Assembly (NCBI GenBank): GCA_000503835.1
Contig: CP006914.1
Span: 785,680-849,679 of the forward strand
DNA length: 64,000 nt
Origin: a candidate division WWE3 bacterium RAAC2_WWE3_1
Lineage (GTDB): Bacteria; Patescibacteriota; WWE3; UBA101185; UBA10185
Direction of reading: 5' to 3'
Part shown: piece after piece, positions 38,000-46,543 of the stretch
Layout of the letters: every line of letters starts with the position of its first letter
Numbering within the stretch: the stretch's first letter is position 1
The notes under the pieces: generated by a model
What the model was told of the DNA's origin: nothing
Seen by the model: only the letters and a program-made list of their open reading frames with translations
Databases searched by the model: none
Translations under genes and position numbers: made by a program

Positions 38000-39086
38000 C
38001 ATCCCGGATCCGGTTTTTCAAACGACCCTATTTATTATAATTTTTGCCTTTTTTGTTGTGCTGTCCATAAGAAAGGACGCGAAACCACATGAATTGGATC
38101 ATGGTCACACCGATGAATTGAAAGGGCTGGCCATATTAATGGTGTTTTTTTCGCATATCGGATACTTTCTTTCCACGGACGACAGATTCTTATTTCCCCT
38201 ATCAATAGCGGCCGGTGTGGGAGTTAACATCTTTCTATTTTCGTCGGGGTTTGGGCTCACAAGCTCGGAGCTAAAAGTTAAAAAAACGTGGAAAGAATTT
38301 TATATGAAACGGTTGAAGACCATTTTCATTCCTATGTGGGTTGCGTTGCTTATCATCTTGGCCGCAGACTATTTTTTGCTTGGAAAGACTTACGAAATGC
38401 CGGTTATTATTAAGAGTTTCTTAGGATATTTTCCGGTTGCCGACATTTTCACTTCGATGAATTCCGCATTGTGGTATTTCACGTTCATTCTTTTTTACTA
38501 TCTTATGTTTCCAATCGTATTCCGTAGAAGTCAGCCATTGTTTTCGGCCTTAGTTATGCTTCTGCTGGGATATTTGGTGACCCAACTTGCTTTACCGGTA
38601 ACTAAGGATTTGTTAAAGCTTTATAAACTTCACATACTGTTATTTCCGCTGGGAATGGCTTTTGCCCGGTTAAACACGAAGAAGCCGGGGGTATGGTTTC
38701 AGGAATTTTTATTAAAAATGTTTCACAAACCTTTGTCGGCGTGGGTTGTCCGTTATCTTATCGTGGCCGGATTACTTTTTGTGTTTGGTTACACAGCGGT
38801 ACATTCGGGTGTGGGAAAGGGGATTATGGCGGAACAGCTGTCGAGTATCGTAACCATGCTGGTACTGATAGCCGCGTTTTTATTAAAGGACGTTCACTCT
38901 GAAGTGTTGACCATTCTGGGTAAATATTCTTACGAGATTTATTTACTGCACTGGCCGATTATGTACAGACACGATTTTATTTATAAATATGTTCCGGCTT
39001 CTTTTGGAACCTTACTTTACTTATTGTTATTTGTAGGAACCGGGTTTGTTTTGAACAGACTCACGCGGCGGATATTGGTCAAGTAA
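37989..39086 (+). CDS. Acyltransferase-3 family membrane protein
   Basis: LKGLAILMVFFSH, GVNIFLFSSG, LWY, LGKYSYEIYLLH. Confidence 0.88.
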   Translation: MRINIPDPVFQTTLFIIIFAFFVVLSIRKDAKPHELDHGHTDELKGLAILMVFFSHIGYFLSTDDRFLFPLSIAAGVGVNIFLFSSGFGLTSSELKVKKTWKEFYMKRLKTIFIPMWVALLIILAADYFLLGKTYEMPVIIKSFLGYFPVADIFTSMNSALWYFTFILFYYLMFPIVFRRSQPLFSALVMLLLGYLVTQLALPVTKDLLKLYKLHILLFPLGMAFARLNTKKPGVWFQEFLLKMFHKPLSAWVVRYLIVAGLLFVFGYTAVHSGVGKGIMAEQLSSIVTMLVLIAAFLLKDVHSEVLTILGKYSYEIYLLHWPIMYRHDFIYKYVPASFGTLLYLLLFVGTGFVLNRLTRRILVK

Positions 39087-39094
39087 GATTTATT

Positions 39095-39318
39095 GGACAT
39101 GACAAAATTCCTTATCCGGAACCTGCGGATAGCATCACAACACCTACCTTGATAGTTTGGGCACCGGCGATAAAGTGTTACCTCTGAGTATGAGAAAAGA
39201 GCTGAGCAAAAAAATAAAAGGCTGGCAATTCCTTGAAATTCCCGGAGGTCGCAATGCCCGCCAAGAATCATTGAAAGATTTTAACGCTTTGGTGATGGAG
39301 TTTATAAACCGCGACTAA
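39095..39318 (+). pseudogene. Alpha/beta-hydrolase C-terminal remnant
   Basis: With two frameshifts reads TPTLIVW(G)TGDKVLPLSM..KELSKKIKGWQFLEIPGGRNARQESLKDFNALVMEFINRD*. Confidence 0.6.
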
Positions 39319-39347
39319 GGAGCTGTGTTTCCAAACTCAGGTCCTTT

Positions 39348-40139
39348 TTAATTTATGCCGGTCAATTTAAGACTTTCGCCCGTGTCCGGTTTTGTTTCCA
39401 GAACCATTGCACCTACTTCCGAGCAGTAGTGTTTGAATTCTTTTGCGTCGGGTTCAAGGGGAGTCCAGTCATACATTTTTACGCAATCTTTGTAGGAACC
39501 GAGTGCAATCTGGATCGGTTCACCGACAGTGGAAACGTCCCTCATGTCCTCTGCCTTACCTTTGTAATATTCCTGTCTGTACGAATCCCCTACTACATGA
39601 GCAGCTTTTATCCAAATACCCGGTTGAGCCCCGTCAACTCCTGCAAGCCATGCCCCCTCGTGATCCAGCAGCCGGCCGTCCTCATAATTATTAACATCCT
39701 CGCCGAAATACCAGACGTTGCCGTAAATATCCTGAGCTAAATAATCTTTGGTCTCTTCCACAAGTTCGTCGTCGAGCCAAACTTTGTCTAGGTAAACCAA
39801 TGTTTTTACCCCCAATATTTCTTTTATGTCTCCGGAAATTGTTATTTCGACCCTCTCGAGGCCGTCCTCCGTATCCCCCTCGTATATCAGTTTTCTGCCA
39901 ACAGGAAGACTAAAATATTTATTATTAATATTTGTACTTGTTAAGAATAGGGAGGGATCGACATTTGCCGGGTCTACCTGTTTTGCACTTTGCTTTTCTG
40001 TTATTTTGTCGGAGACAGTTCGTGTGTCAGAAATTTCCACAGCGTCATTTTGGCTTTTAGCGTTTTTATTTAAATAAATTATGGATAGAACGAAAATTGC
40101 CAATACAGCTGTCAAAATCACCAGAAATCTGGTTCTCAT
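39348..40139 (-). CDS. Membrane-anchored conserved hypothetical protein
   Basis: N-terminal TM; AQD..GNVWYFGE..W.AG.DGA.PG motif. Confidence 0.7.
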   Translation of the reverse strand: MRTRFLVILTAVLAIFVLSIIYLNKNAKSQNDAVEISDTRTVSDKITEKQSAKQVDPANVDPSLFLTSTNINNKYFSLPVGRKLIYEGDTEDGLERVEITISGDIKEILGVKTLVYLDKVWLDDELVEETKDYLAQDIYGNVWYFGEDVNNYEDGRLLDHEGAWLAGVDGAQPGIWIKAAHVVGDSYRQEYYKGKAEDMRDVSTVGEPIQIALGSYKDCVKMYDWTPLEPDAKEFKHYCSEVGAMVLETKPDTGESLKLTGIN

Positions 40140-40213
40140 ATATAGACAATTATATATATAATGCTCGGATTGTCAATGTTGTGGGGTGTTAGATGCGATA
40201 TAATATTTCGGAT

Positions 40214-40738
40214 ATGAGAAACACCGAGACAATAGAGAATCTACCTCAACTTTTTAATGATCCTGTGGAGTATCTGACCTGTTTTAGGGACAGTGCTTCG
40301 TACAGAAATAGTTATGCGAAGTTTTATGAAGGGAAAGAATTTTCACAGGAGGTGTCTGAAATTGACAAAAGGGATGTATTCGAAGGCGATGAGACTTGCA
40401 GAAAATCGCTGATAGAGTTTGCCAGGACACAGGACATGATATTGATGTATACCCCCGAGTATTACGGTGAGAGTTTTAAAGACAACATAAAAGATTATTT
40501 TTCACTTATAAAAGACTTTGCCAAGGGCAGGGTTTCGGGCGGGGAGGGTGTAGCGGCTTATGACCGGCTTCGCGGTTCTTATCACGACGCGGCCGCGCAG
40601 GAGTTGTCTGATTCCATGGGCATATCTCATAGGCTGGCTCGGGGGTTAATACAGGTAATGACGATTCATGAGGGGTTGGATACCTTCGATTCTGCCGGTC
40701 AGGACGAACGACGCAGAATGATGTCCATGCTTAGGTAA
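40214..40738 (+). CDS. Hypothetical protein
   Basis: ORF with TATAAT upstream. Confidence 0.55.
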   Translation: MRNTETIENLPQLFNDPVEYLTCFRDSASYRNSYAKFYEGKEFSQEVSEIDKRDVFEGDETCRKSLIEFARTQDMILMYTPEYYGESFKDNIKDYFSLIKDFAKGRVSGGEGVAAYDRLRGSYHDAAAQELSDSMGISHRLARGLIQVMTIHEGLDTFDSAGQDERRRMMSMLR

Positions 40739-40850
40739 CAGCCTGATACTAATAGCTTGTTTGTACTAACAAGGTGGGTTTATCTAACGGTTTCTGTTTC
40801 CTCTGTATCTGACTGTTTTTATACTTATTTACATAAAGTAAAATAAGGGT

Positions 40851-41315
40851 ATGGATCACGTCGCAATACTACGCAAAGCAAAAATTACCAAAGGAGATAA
40901 CTTGCTGGGAGACATACTAGCCGGCACAAAAACAATTGAGTCAAGATGGTATGTTAATAAAATTAGTCCCTGGAACAAAATTAAAATAAATGATTTTGTT
41001 TACTTTAAAGAGTCGGGGTCTCCGGTTACCGCAGTTGCAAGAGTTTCAAAGGTAATACAATACGAGAACTTAGATAAAGATACCGTTAACCGGATTATCA
41101 AAGATTATGGTAAACAAATTGCACCTAACGCGTCCGAAAGCGAACTTCAATCTTGGGCCGCGAAAGAAATTAACAAAAGATATTGCATACTAATATTTCT
41201 AACCGGCGTTAAGAATGTTCCGGCGTTTGGCATAACCAAAAAGGGATACGGCATTTCATCCGCATGGCTATGTGTAGGGAATATTGAGAAGGTCAGATTG
41301 GCTTCCCACGACTAG
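40851..41315 (+). CDS. ASCH-domain protein
   Basis: ILAGTKTIESR (GxKxxExR) and D.VYF. Confidence 0.75.
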   Translation: MDHVAILRKAKITKGDNLLGDILAGTKTIESRWYVNKISPWNKIKINDFVYFKESGSPVTAVARVSKVIQYENLDKDTVNRIIKDYGKQIAPNASESELQSWAAKEINKRYCILIFLTGVKNVPAFGITKKGYGISSAWLCVGNIEKVRLASHD

Positions 41316-42301
41316 AGCTTGTAGTCAAGTCTTACGGGCAGTTCGTGTTTAGTGTGATTTTCACGATAATCGCTAATAAGCTTGTTGTATATCGGGGACA
41401 GTTCGGTTAACCTTTTCACACTTTTACCGACCAGTACTTTCGGATTTACTATTCTTATTTTCTTTGGAAATATGACGTCAGGATTTTTTCTGTCCTCGTA
41501 CACAATCATATGGTTATTATATTTTGCCAGCCATTTCTGTATTCGTTTGTTTTTTGAACGTTTAAGTTTATCTGTTAATTCAATATCGTCACTAAACCAG
41601 TCCTTTTCTTTCAACACTCTATTTCTGACTGCGTACTTAACTAAATTTCCGAAATCGTTATTGAAATGTGCTTCCGCAGGTGATCCATAATACATAAGAT
41701 TTAAGAGATAGAAGTTAAATGAGTATATAAATGCCGCTTCGGTGTCTGAAAATACAAATTCATTATTGTGCACTTTCAAACTTTTCAGAACCCGATCAAC
41801 TTGTTGTCTCGAGAGAATTTGTAAATGCAGACCATCCCTGAGAGCATAGTCTATTCTGTCAGCACAAATATCCGGCAGGTCATTTTCCAGTAAAGAATAC
41901 TTTTTATCATGCAAAAGCCGATCCGGGTCATATCCCAGTTTGATAAGTAATTTTGAAAGACCCGAGGATTCAATAAATTTATGTTGTTGTAACTCATGAA
42001 ATTCAGTACCGGTGTATTTTTCTTGAAATGCGTAAGTAGACACGTGCGATAAAGCCGTATGTGAAACGTCGTGGATCAGTCCGGCAACCTGTTCTTCTTT
42101 TGATGCCCCAAAGTTCTTTAAAAGTAAATAAACACCGATACTATGGTCATAGCGTGTTGCGTTTCTCTTTAGTTCAAAAAGGTACCCATATGTGGATATC
42201 CAGATATTTTTTATTCTCTGCAAGGCCGGATGTTTGATTATTTTGGTGATATCTTTGTCCTGAAGATTTGTATTTCCCCATACCGCATCATATATTTTCA
42301 T
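41312..42301 (-). CDS. HD-domain phosphohydrolase
   Basis: RYDHSIGV, GLIHDVSHTALSH, CADRIDY.LRD. Confidence 0.88.
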   Translation of the reverse strand: MKIYDAVWGNTNLQDKDITKIIKHPALQRIKNIWISTYGYLFELKRNATRYDHSIGVYLLLKNFGASKEEQVAGLIHDVSHTALSHVSTYAFQEKYTGTEFHELQQHKFIESSGLSKLLIKLGYDPDRLLHDKKYSLLENDLPDICADRIDYALRDGLHLQILSRQQVDRVLKSLKVHNNEFVFSDTEAAFIYSFNFYLLNLMYYGSPAEAHFNNDFGNLVKYAVRNRVLKEKDWFSDDIELTDKLKRSKNKRIQKWLAKYNNHMIVYEDRKNPDVIFPKKIRIVNPKVLVGKSVKRLTELSPIYNKLISDYRENHTKHELPVRLDYKL

Positions 42302-42420
42302 GCGCTGATTGTACCAAAAGTGTCCTATCCTGTAAGCGGTCTCTCCGGGTTATGTGAATTGGCCGTTGTATTTAGCCGGGACTTTTGTAGAAAGTGCGTG
42401 TGGGGTATTATAGTAAACAT

Positions 42421-42834
42421 ATGCGAATAGGAGTTGTTGGTAGTATGCAATATACAGAAAGAATGCTGGAACTTAGAGATGAGTTAAGAAATCTGGGGCA
42501 TGAGGCCTATATAACAACACTATCACAACCTTTTGTTGGTAAAACTGATGAGGAAAAGGAAGTTATAAAGCTCCACCAGAAAAATAATATGGACGCAATC
42601 AGGGAGTTCTGGAACTTAATGCAGGGTGGGGATGCAATTTTAGTAGCTAACTACGATAAAAATGGAATAGAAAACTATATAGGCGGGAATACTCTTATGG
42701 AGATTGGCTTTGCCCATGTATTGAATCAGAAAGTTTACTTATTAAACCCGGTTCCGGAAATTAAGTTTTACAAGACAGAAATTGAAGCGGTAAAACCGGT
42801 TATTCTGCACGGTGATTTAACTTTAATCCGGTAA
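42421..42834 (+). CDS. Nucleoside 2-deoxyribosyltransferase-like fold protein
   Basis: GSM, DAILV.N, YIGGNTLMEIGFA. Confidence 0.6.
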   Translation: MRIGVVGSMQYTERMLELRDELRNLGHEAYITTLSQPFVGKTDEEKEVIKLHQKNNMDAIREFWNLMQGGDAILVANYDKNGIENYIGGNTLMEIGFAHVLNQKVYLLNPVPEIKFYKTEIEAVKPVILHGDLTLIR

Positions 42835-43058
42835 ATTATTGGCTAGGCACGTCGGTCAGGAACTATTTTACAATAAATTTAATTATCGAAAAGTTGACTA
42901 CATACTTCTTCTGTATGTGTTAGATTACAATTAAGGAATGCCTCGTAGTGGTGTTAAATAGATTTGTCTAGAAGTAAAAACTAAATTATCACATACAGTA
43001 GCGTGAGAGAAAGGTCCTGTTGTCGGAGGGAGGCGCGGGAGTTAGTTATTAATAAAAT

Positions 43059-43086
43059 AAAAGGCACATTTTGTGGTGTGCCTTTT
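43059..43086. terminator. Intrinsic terminator
   Basis: AAAAGGCACA..TGTGCCTTTT inverted repeat. Confidence 0.7.
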
Positions 43087-43109
43087 GGTGTAATACCCAA
43101 AATTCAATA

Positions 43110-43508
43110 CTACGTTGCTGTGAATACAATGTTTCCGACTGTTGCTTCAATCTTCAGCTTACTGAAGCCTCGTTCAAGAAAGATCAGCACCCTATTTTTA
43201 ACAACACCGGCAACGGTCTCAGGGGTGGCTCCAACGTAGTACCGTACCTTGTCACCTTCAAGCCGGATAAATGCGCATCTGTTATCTCCTTCAATTACCA
43301 GACGGGCTAATCCGCACTCTTTTTCCAACACAAAAATACTTATATCGTAGTATTTCCGTGGGTCACACCCCACTTTTTTAAGAAATACTGATATTGCATT
43401 TTTGTTGTCTGGGTTGGGTTGAACTATTACCGCTTCTAACTCTTTGTCACCTTTCCCAGCTTCGATATCAACATCAAAAATAGATTTGATTTTCTTAGTC
43501 TCTCCCAC
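43110..43508 (-). CDS. Hypothetical protein
   Basis: SD AGGAG before GTG; ends at terminator. Confidence 0.55.
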   Translation of the reverse strand: MGETKKIKSIFDVDIEAGKGDKELEAVIVQPNPDNKNAISVFLKKVGCDPRKYYDISIFVLEKECGLARLVIEGDNRCAFIRLEGDKVRYYVGATPETVAGVVKNRVLIFLERGFSKLKIEATVGNIVFTAT

Positions 43509-43699
43509 AGCATTCTCCTTTTCTTATTATTTATGCGGATAGTACTACAAGGCAGGTAGAATGTAAAATTTAGTATGATTATTTAGTTGTTACGACAACA
43601 AAAACTCTTTTTTGGCTGAGTACTAGGGTTTAGAACCAACATATTATTCTCACTATAACAAAAATACCCGGTCTTATTGTGTAGTGCTAGAATAACTTT

Positions 43700-44515
43700 A
43701 TGTATACTCCTGAGGATCGTGAAAATGTACTAAATAAACTATCCATTTTATTTCCTCAAGTACCGAATGTTGAAGGTGTCATTTTAGTAGGATCTGGTGC
43801 AAAAGGATTCTTTGATGAGTACTCGGACGTTGATTTGTCTGTGGTTGTAGAGCCTGCCGAGGAAACAAACAAAACATGGAGCCAAATAAATAATGTCATA
43901 AAAAATAATTTTGATGTATTTCATTATTCTCTAACTCAGTACGGGGATAACAACTACTTAACATTGTTTATACTCACAAATTATTTGCAGATTGATGTGG
44001 GAGTCATAGCACTGGATAACCTTATAGCTAAAAGACCGTTGTGGAATATCTTATATGATAAGAACAGCAGAGTTCTTGAGAAAATGAAAGCTACAGAAAA
44101 GCTTAAACAACAGAAACCTATTTCAGATGTGTCAAATGAAACAACCGAAAACTTACATTATCATACCCAAAACGCTGCGTTTGCCATTAAAAGAAATCGT
44201 GTATTTAGAGCAGCGAAAGAAATAGAGGAAATCAGAGAACTTACGATAAAACTTTTTGGTATTTATAACAATCTTGAGACTAAACATCATAGAGAAGTTG
44301 ATGACTTTGATGACTCGTTTAAGAAAAAATTAATTGCTGCTGTACCAGAGAAATTAACTATCGATATGTTAAGCCAATCTTTAGTAAAAAATATCGATAT
44401 GTATTTTGAGGTGATCAAAATGGTTTCGGACACCGATGGTTGGAATAAGGACGAAATGTTTATAAAGAAATTTATTAATGAAGTACTGTTATTAAACCCC
44501 GAATTTAGGTTATAA
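43700..44515 (+). CDS. Pol-beta superfamily nucleotidyltransferase (ANT/Lnu-like architecture)
   Basis: VGSGA..DEYSDVDL, third Asp in QIDV, helical C-terminal domain. Confidence 0.75.
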   Translation: MYTPEDRENVLNKLSILFPQVPNVEGVILVGSGAKGFFDEYSDVDLSVVVEPAEETNKTWSQINNVIKNNFDVFHYSLTQYGDNNYLTLFILTNYLQIDVGVIALDNLIAKRPLWNILYDKNSRVLEKMKATEKLKQQKPISDVSNETTENLHYHTQNAAFAIKRNRVFRAAKEIEEIRELTIKLFGIYNNLETKHHREVDDFDDSFKKKLIAAVPEKLTIDMLSQSLVKNIDMYFEVIKMVSDTDGWNKDEMFIKKFINEVLLLNPEFRL

Positions 44516-44773
44516 AATTTTTAGCGTTCGTCAAACAGAGTTGGTAGTTCGGATACTTATTTCCAGAAGTTAGCTTTAGCAGGAAATTAAAAAGTATTTA
44601 ACACTTCGTTGTCACTTGCGTGTCGATGTTGGCTGGCGAACTTGACCGTAGGTGGAACCAAATCCTCCCTAGTTTACTCAAGACCTACGAAAAGCTCAAG
44701 AACCTTGGGTTTACCTACGAAAACGGCACTGTCTCTATAAAACCCCTGAAATTTAATTGGAAAGGAGAGGTTT

Positions 44774-45271
44774 ATGAATGACCTTATAGTTTCTTGTGCC
44801 AAAAAATGGCTCCACCTATCACCGGATCTGGTCCAATCCCGGCTATATAACGAGGCGGATTTCTACAAACAGTTCATAGCGGATCTGAAGCGCTGTAAGC
44901 GGGAAGTCATTATCGAAAGCCCGTTCATATCCTCCAACAGGATGTATTCGCTCATACGGCCATTCGAAGACCTGATTAACCGGAAAATCAAGGCCTATGT
45001 CATTACCCGCCATCCGGATGAACATGATTTGACCATGAAGCAGCAAGCTGAAGAGGCAATCAGGCGTTTTGAGACTATCGGCGTACAAGTACTGCTCACC
45101 CTCGATTACCACCACCGGAAATTAGCCATTTTAGACAGATCGATCTTATGGGAAGGAAGTCTAAACATCCTTTCCCAAACGTGCAGCCGGGAAATCATGC
45201 GACGCATCAGCAGCACAAGCTTATCTGAAGAAATGTTTGACTATCTCAAATTAGAGAGGTTTATCTATTAG
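44774..45271 (+). CDS. PLD-like (single HKD) domain protein
   Basis: IESPFI, HRKLAILD, GSLN; SD AGGAG. Confidence 0.82.
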   Translation: MNDLIVSCAKKWLHLSPDLVQSRLYNEADFYKQFIADLKRCKREVIIESPFISSNRMYSLIRPFEDLINRKIKAYVITRHPDEHDLTMKQQAEEAIRRFETIGVQVLLTLDYHHRKLAILDRSILWEGSLNILSQTCSREIMRRISSTSLSEEMFDYLKLERFIY

Positions 45272-45298
45272 TATAGATTTTGAGGTATAATTATCTCT

Positions 45299-45520
45299 AT
45301 GAGTACAAAAACCAAAAAATATCAGATCAACGAAAAAGATATCGACACTGTCTTAAATATCCTTAAGCGTACAGATCCGAAGCATGCCACACCAGAAATG
45401 GCTATCGATATCCTCGAGCATTTGCAAGCTACTTTTCATACCATGAGACATTATGATCCTGAAACTTTAGTTAAACTCTATGAAGAGCTAAAAAAGCAAA
45501 AGCAATTGAGTAGAAATTAA
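45299..45520 (+). CDS. Small hypothetical protein
   Basis: TATAAT 7 nt before ATG; coupled to next gene. Confidence 0.55.
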   Translation: MSTKTKKYQINEKDIDTVLNILKRTDPKHATPEMAIDILEHLQATFHTMRHYDPETLVKLYEELKKQKQLSRN

Positions 45521-46119
45521 TGGAATACAAGACCAAAACAAATTTAATTCTTCCGTTTCATGATAAATTAATGGTAAGTAATGGTGGTAGGTCCGCCGAA
45601 ACTAACAATCATTTCCGACCTGCAGGCTCGGGACCTCAGAACCAACTTTATGCCTACGACTTTCGCTCAGAAACGACTGGCAAGGAGACAAAACTTGAAG
45701 ATTTTACTGTATTTGGGATAGATGTTATCGCACCAGGAGAAGGTGAAGTTATACAAGTTGTGAATGGATCATTTGATTGCGAACCAGGACAATTTGATCG
45801 GAGTATAGGCGTAGGTAATATGGTTATCATTGACCATATGAACGGAGAATATAGCTTGTTGTGCCATTTTAAGCATGATTCTATCGTTGTAAAAGTAGGC
45901 GATATTGTAAAACAGGGGCAGAAACTTGGCCGGTGTGGAAACACCGGAAATACCAACCAGCCACATATACATTTCAATCTTCAAGACGGAGTGATGAGCT
46001 ATAGCGCGAGGGCATTGCCAGCTCAATTTGCCAAAATTTTAGTTAATGATGTGGAAAGAACTAATTACGAGCCTGTTCGATTCGAAAAGGTCACCAATAT
46101 TAAGCAAACAACACCTTAA
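45520..46119 (+). CDS. M23 family peptidase (no signal peptide)
   Basis: YAYDF, GNMVIIDH, GRCGNTGNTNQPHIHF. Confidence 0.85.
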   Translation: MEYKTKTNLILPFHDKLMVSNGGRSAETNNHFRPAGSGPQNQLYAYDFRSETTGKETKLEDFTVFGIDVIAPGEGEVIQVVNGSFDCEPGQFDRSIGVGNMVIIDHMNGEYSLLCHFKHDSIVVKVGDIVKQGQKLGRCGNTGNTNQPHIHFNLQDGVMSYSARALPAQFAKILVNDVERTNYEPVRFEKVTNIKQTTP

Positions 46120-46340
46120 AACGTCAGTACTTCCGATGATTTCACCTTGAGAGCAGTAAGGATTTTCTTCAAAGTCACTACAGTTGGAATCGCTTCACCT
46201 CGCTCAACCCTGGCGTAATAGTTACTATTCAAACCAGCCTTATCCGCGACATCCACCTGTTTCATGCCCTTCTTAAGCCTGATTTTCCGGAGTTTTGAGG
46301 CAATTTCTTGAACTGACTTGTTATCTTGATCAGAGCGCAT
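46116..46340 (-). CDS. XRE-family HTH regulator
   Basis: LRKIR..MKQVDVA..YYARVERG. Confidence 0.9.
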   Translation of the reverse strand: MRSDQDNKSVQEIASKLRKIRLKKGMKQVDVADKAGLNSNYYARVERGEAIPTVVTLKKILTALKVKSSEVLTF

Positions 46341-46543
46341 ATAAGGTTAGTATACTACCAGATTGATTTATTTGATCATATTATTGTTCCTGAAATTGTT
46401 TTGCAGAAAACGTGGTCTCTGCGGTGCCATGTTTTGTAAAGCAGGCCAATATGAGTCAAAAAGCCGAAAACTGATTTGGCTGGAGCATTAATAAAAGTTT
46501 CTTCTTTTAGTGTATACATATTCTTATTTTCTCTTATCGGACA

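Noticed and set aside
44774-45271. PLD protein as a defined antiphage system
   Set aside because: Standalone HKD domain with no helicase, methylase or other partner in the window
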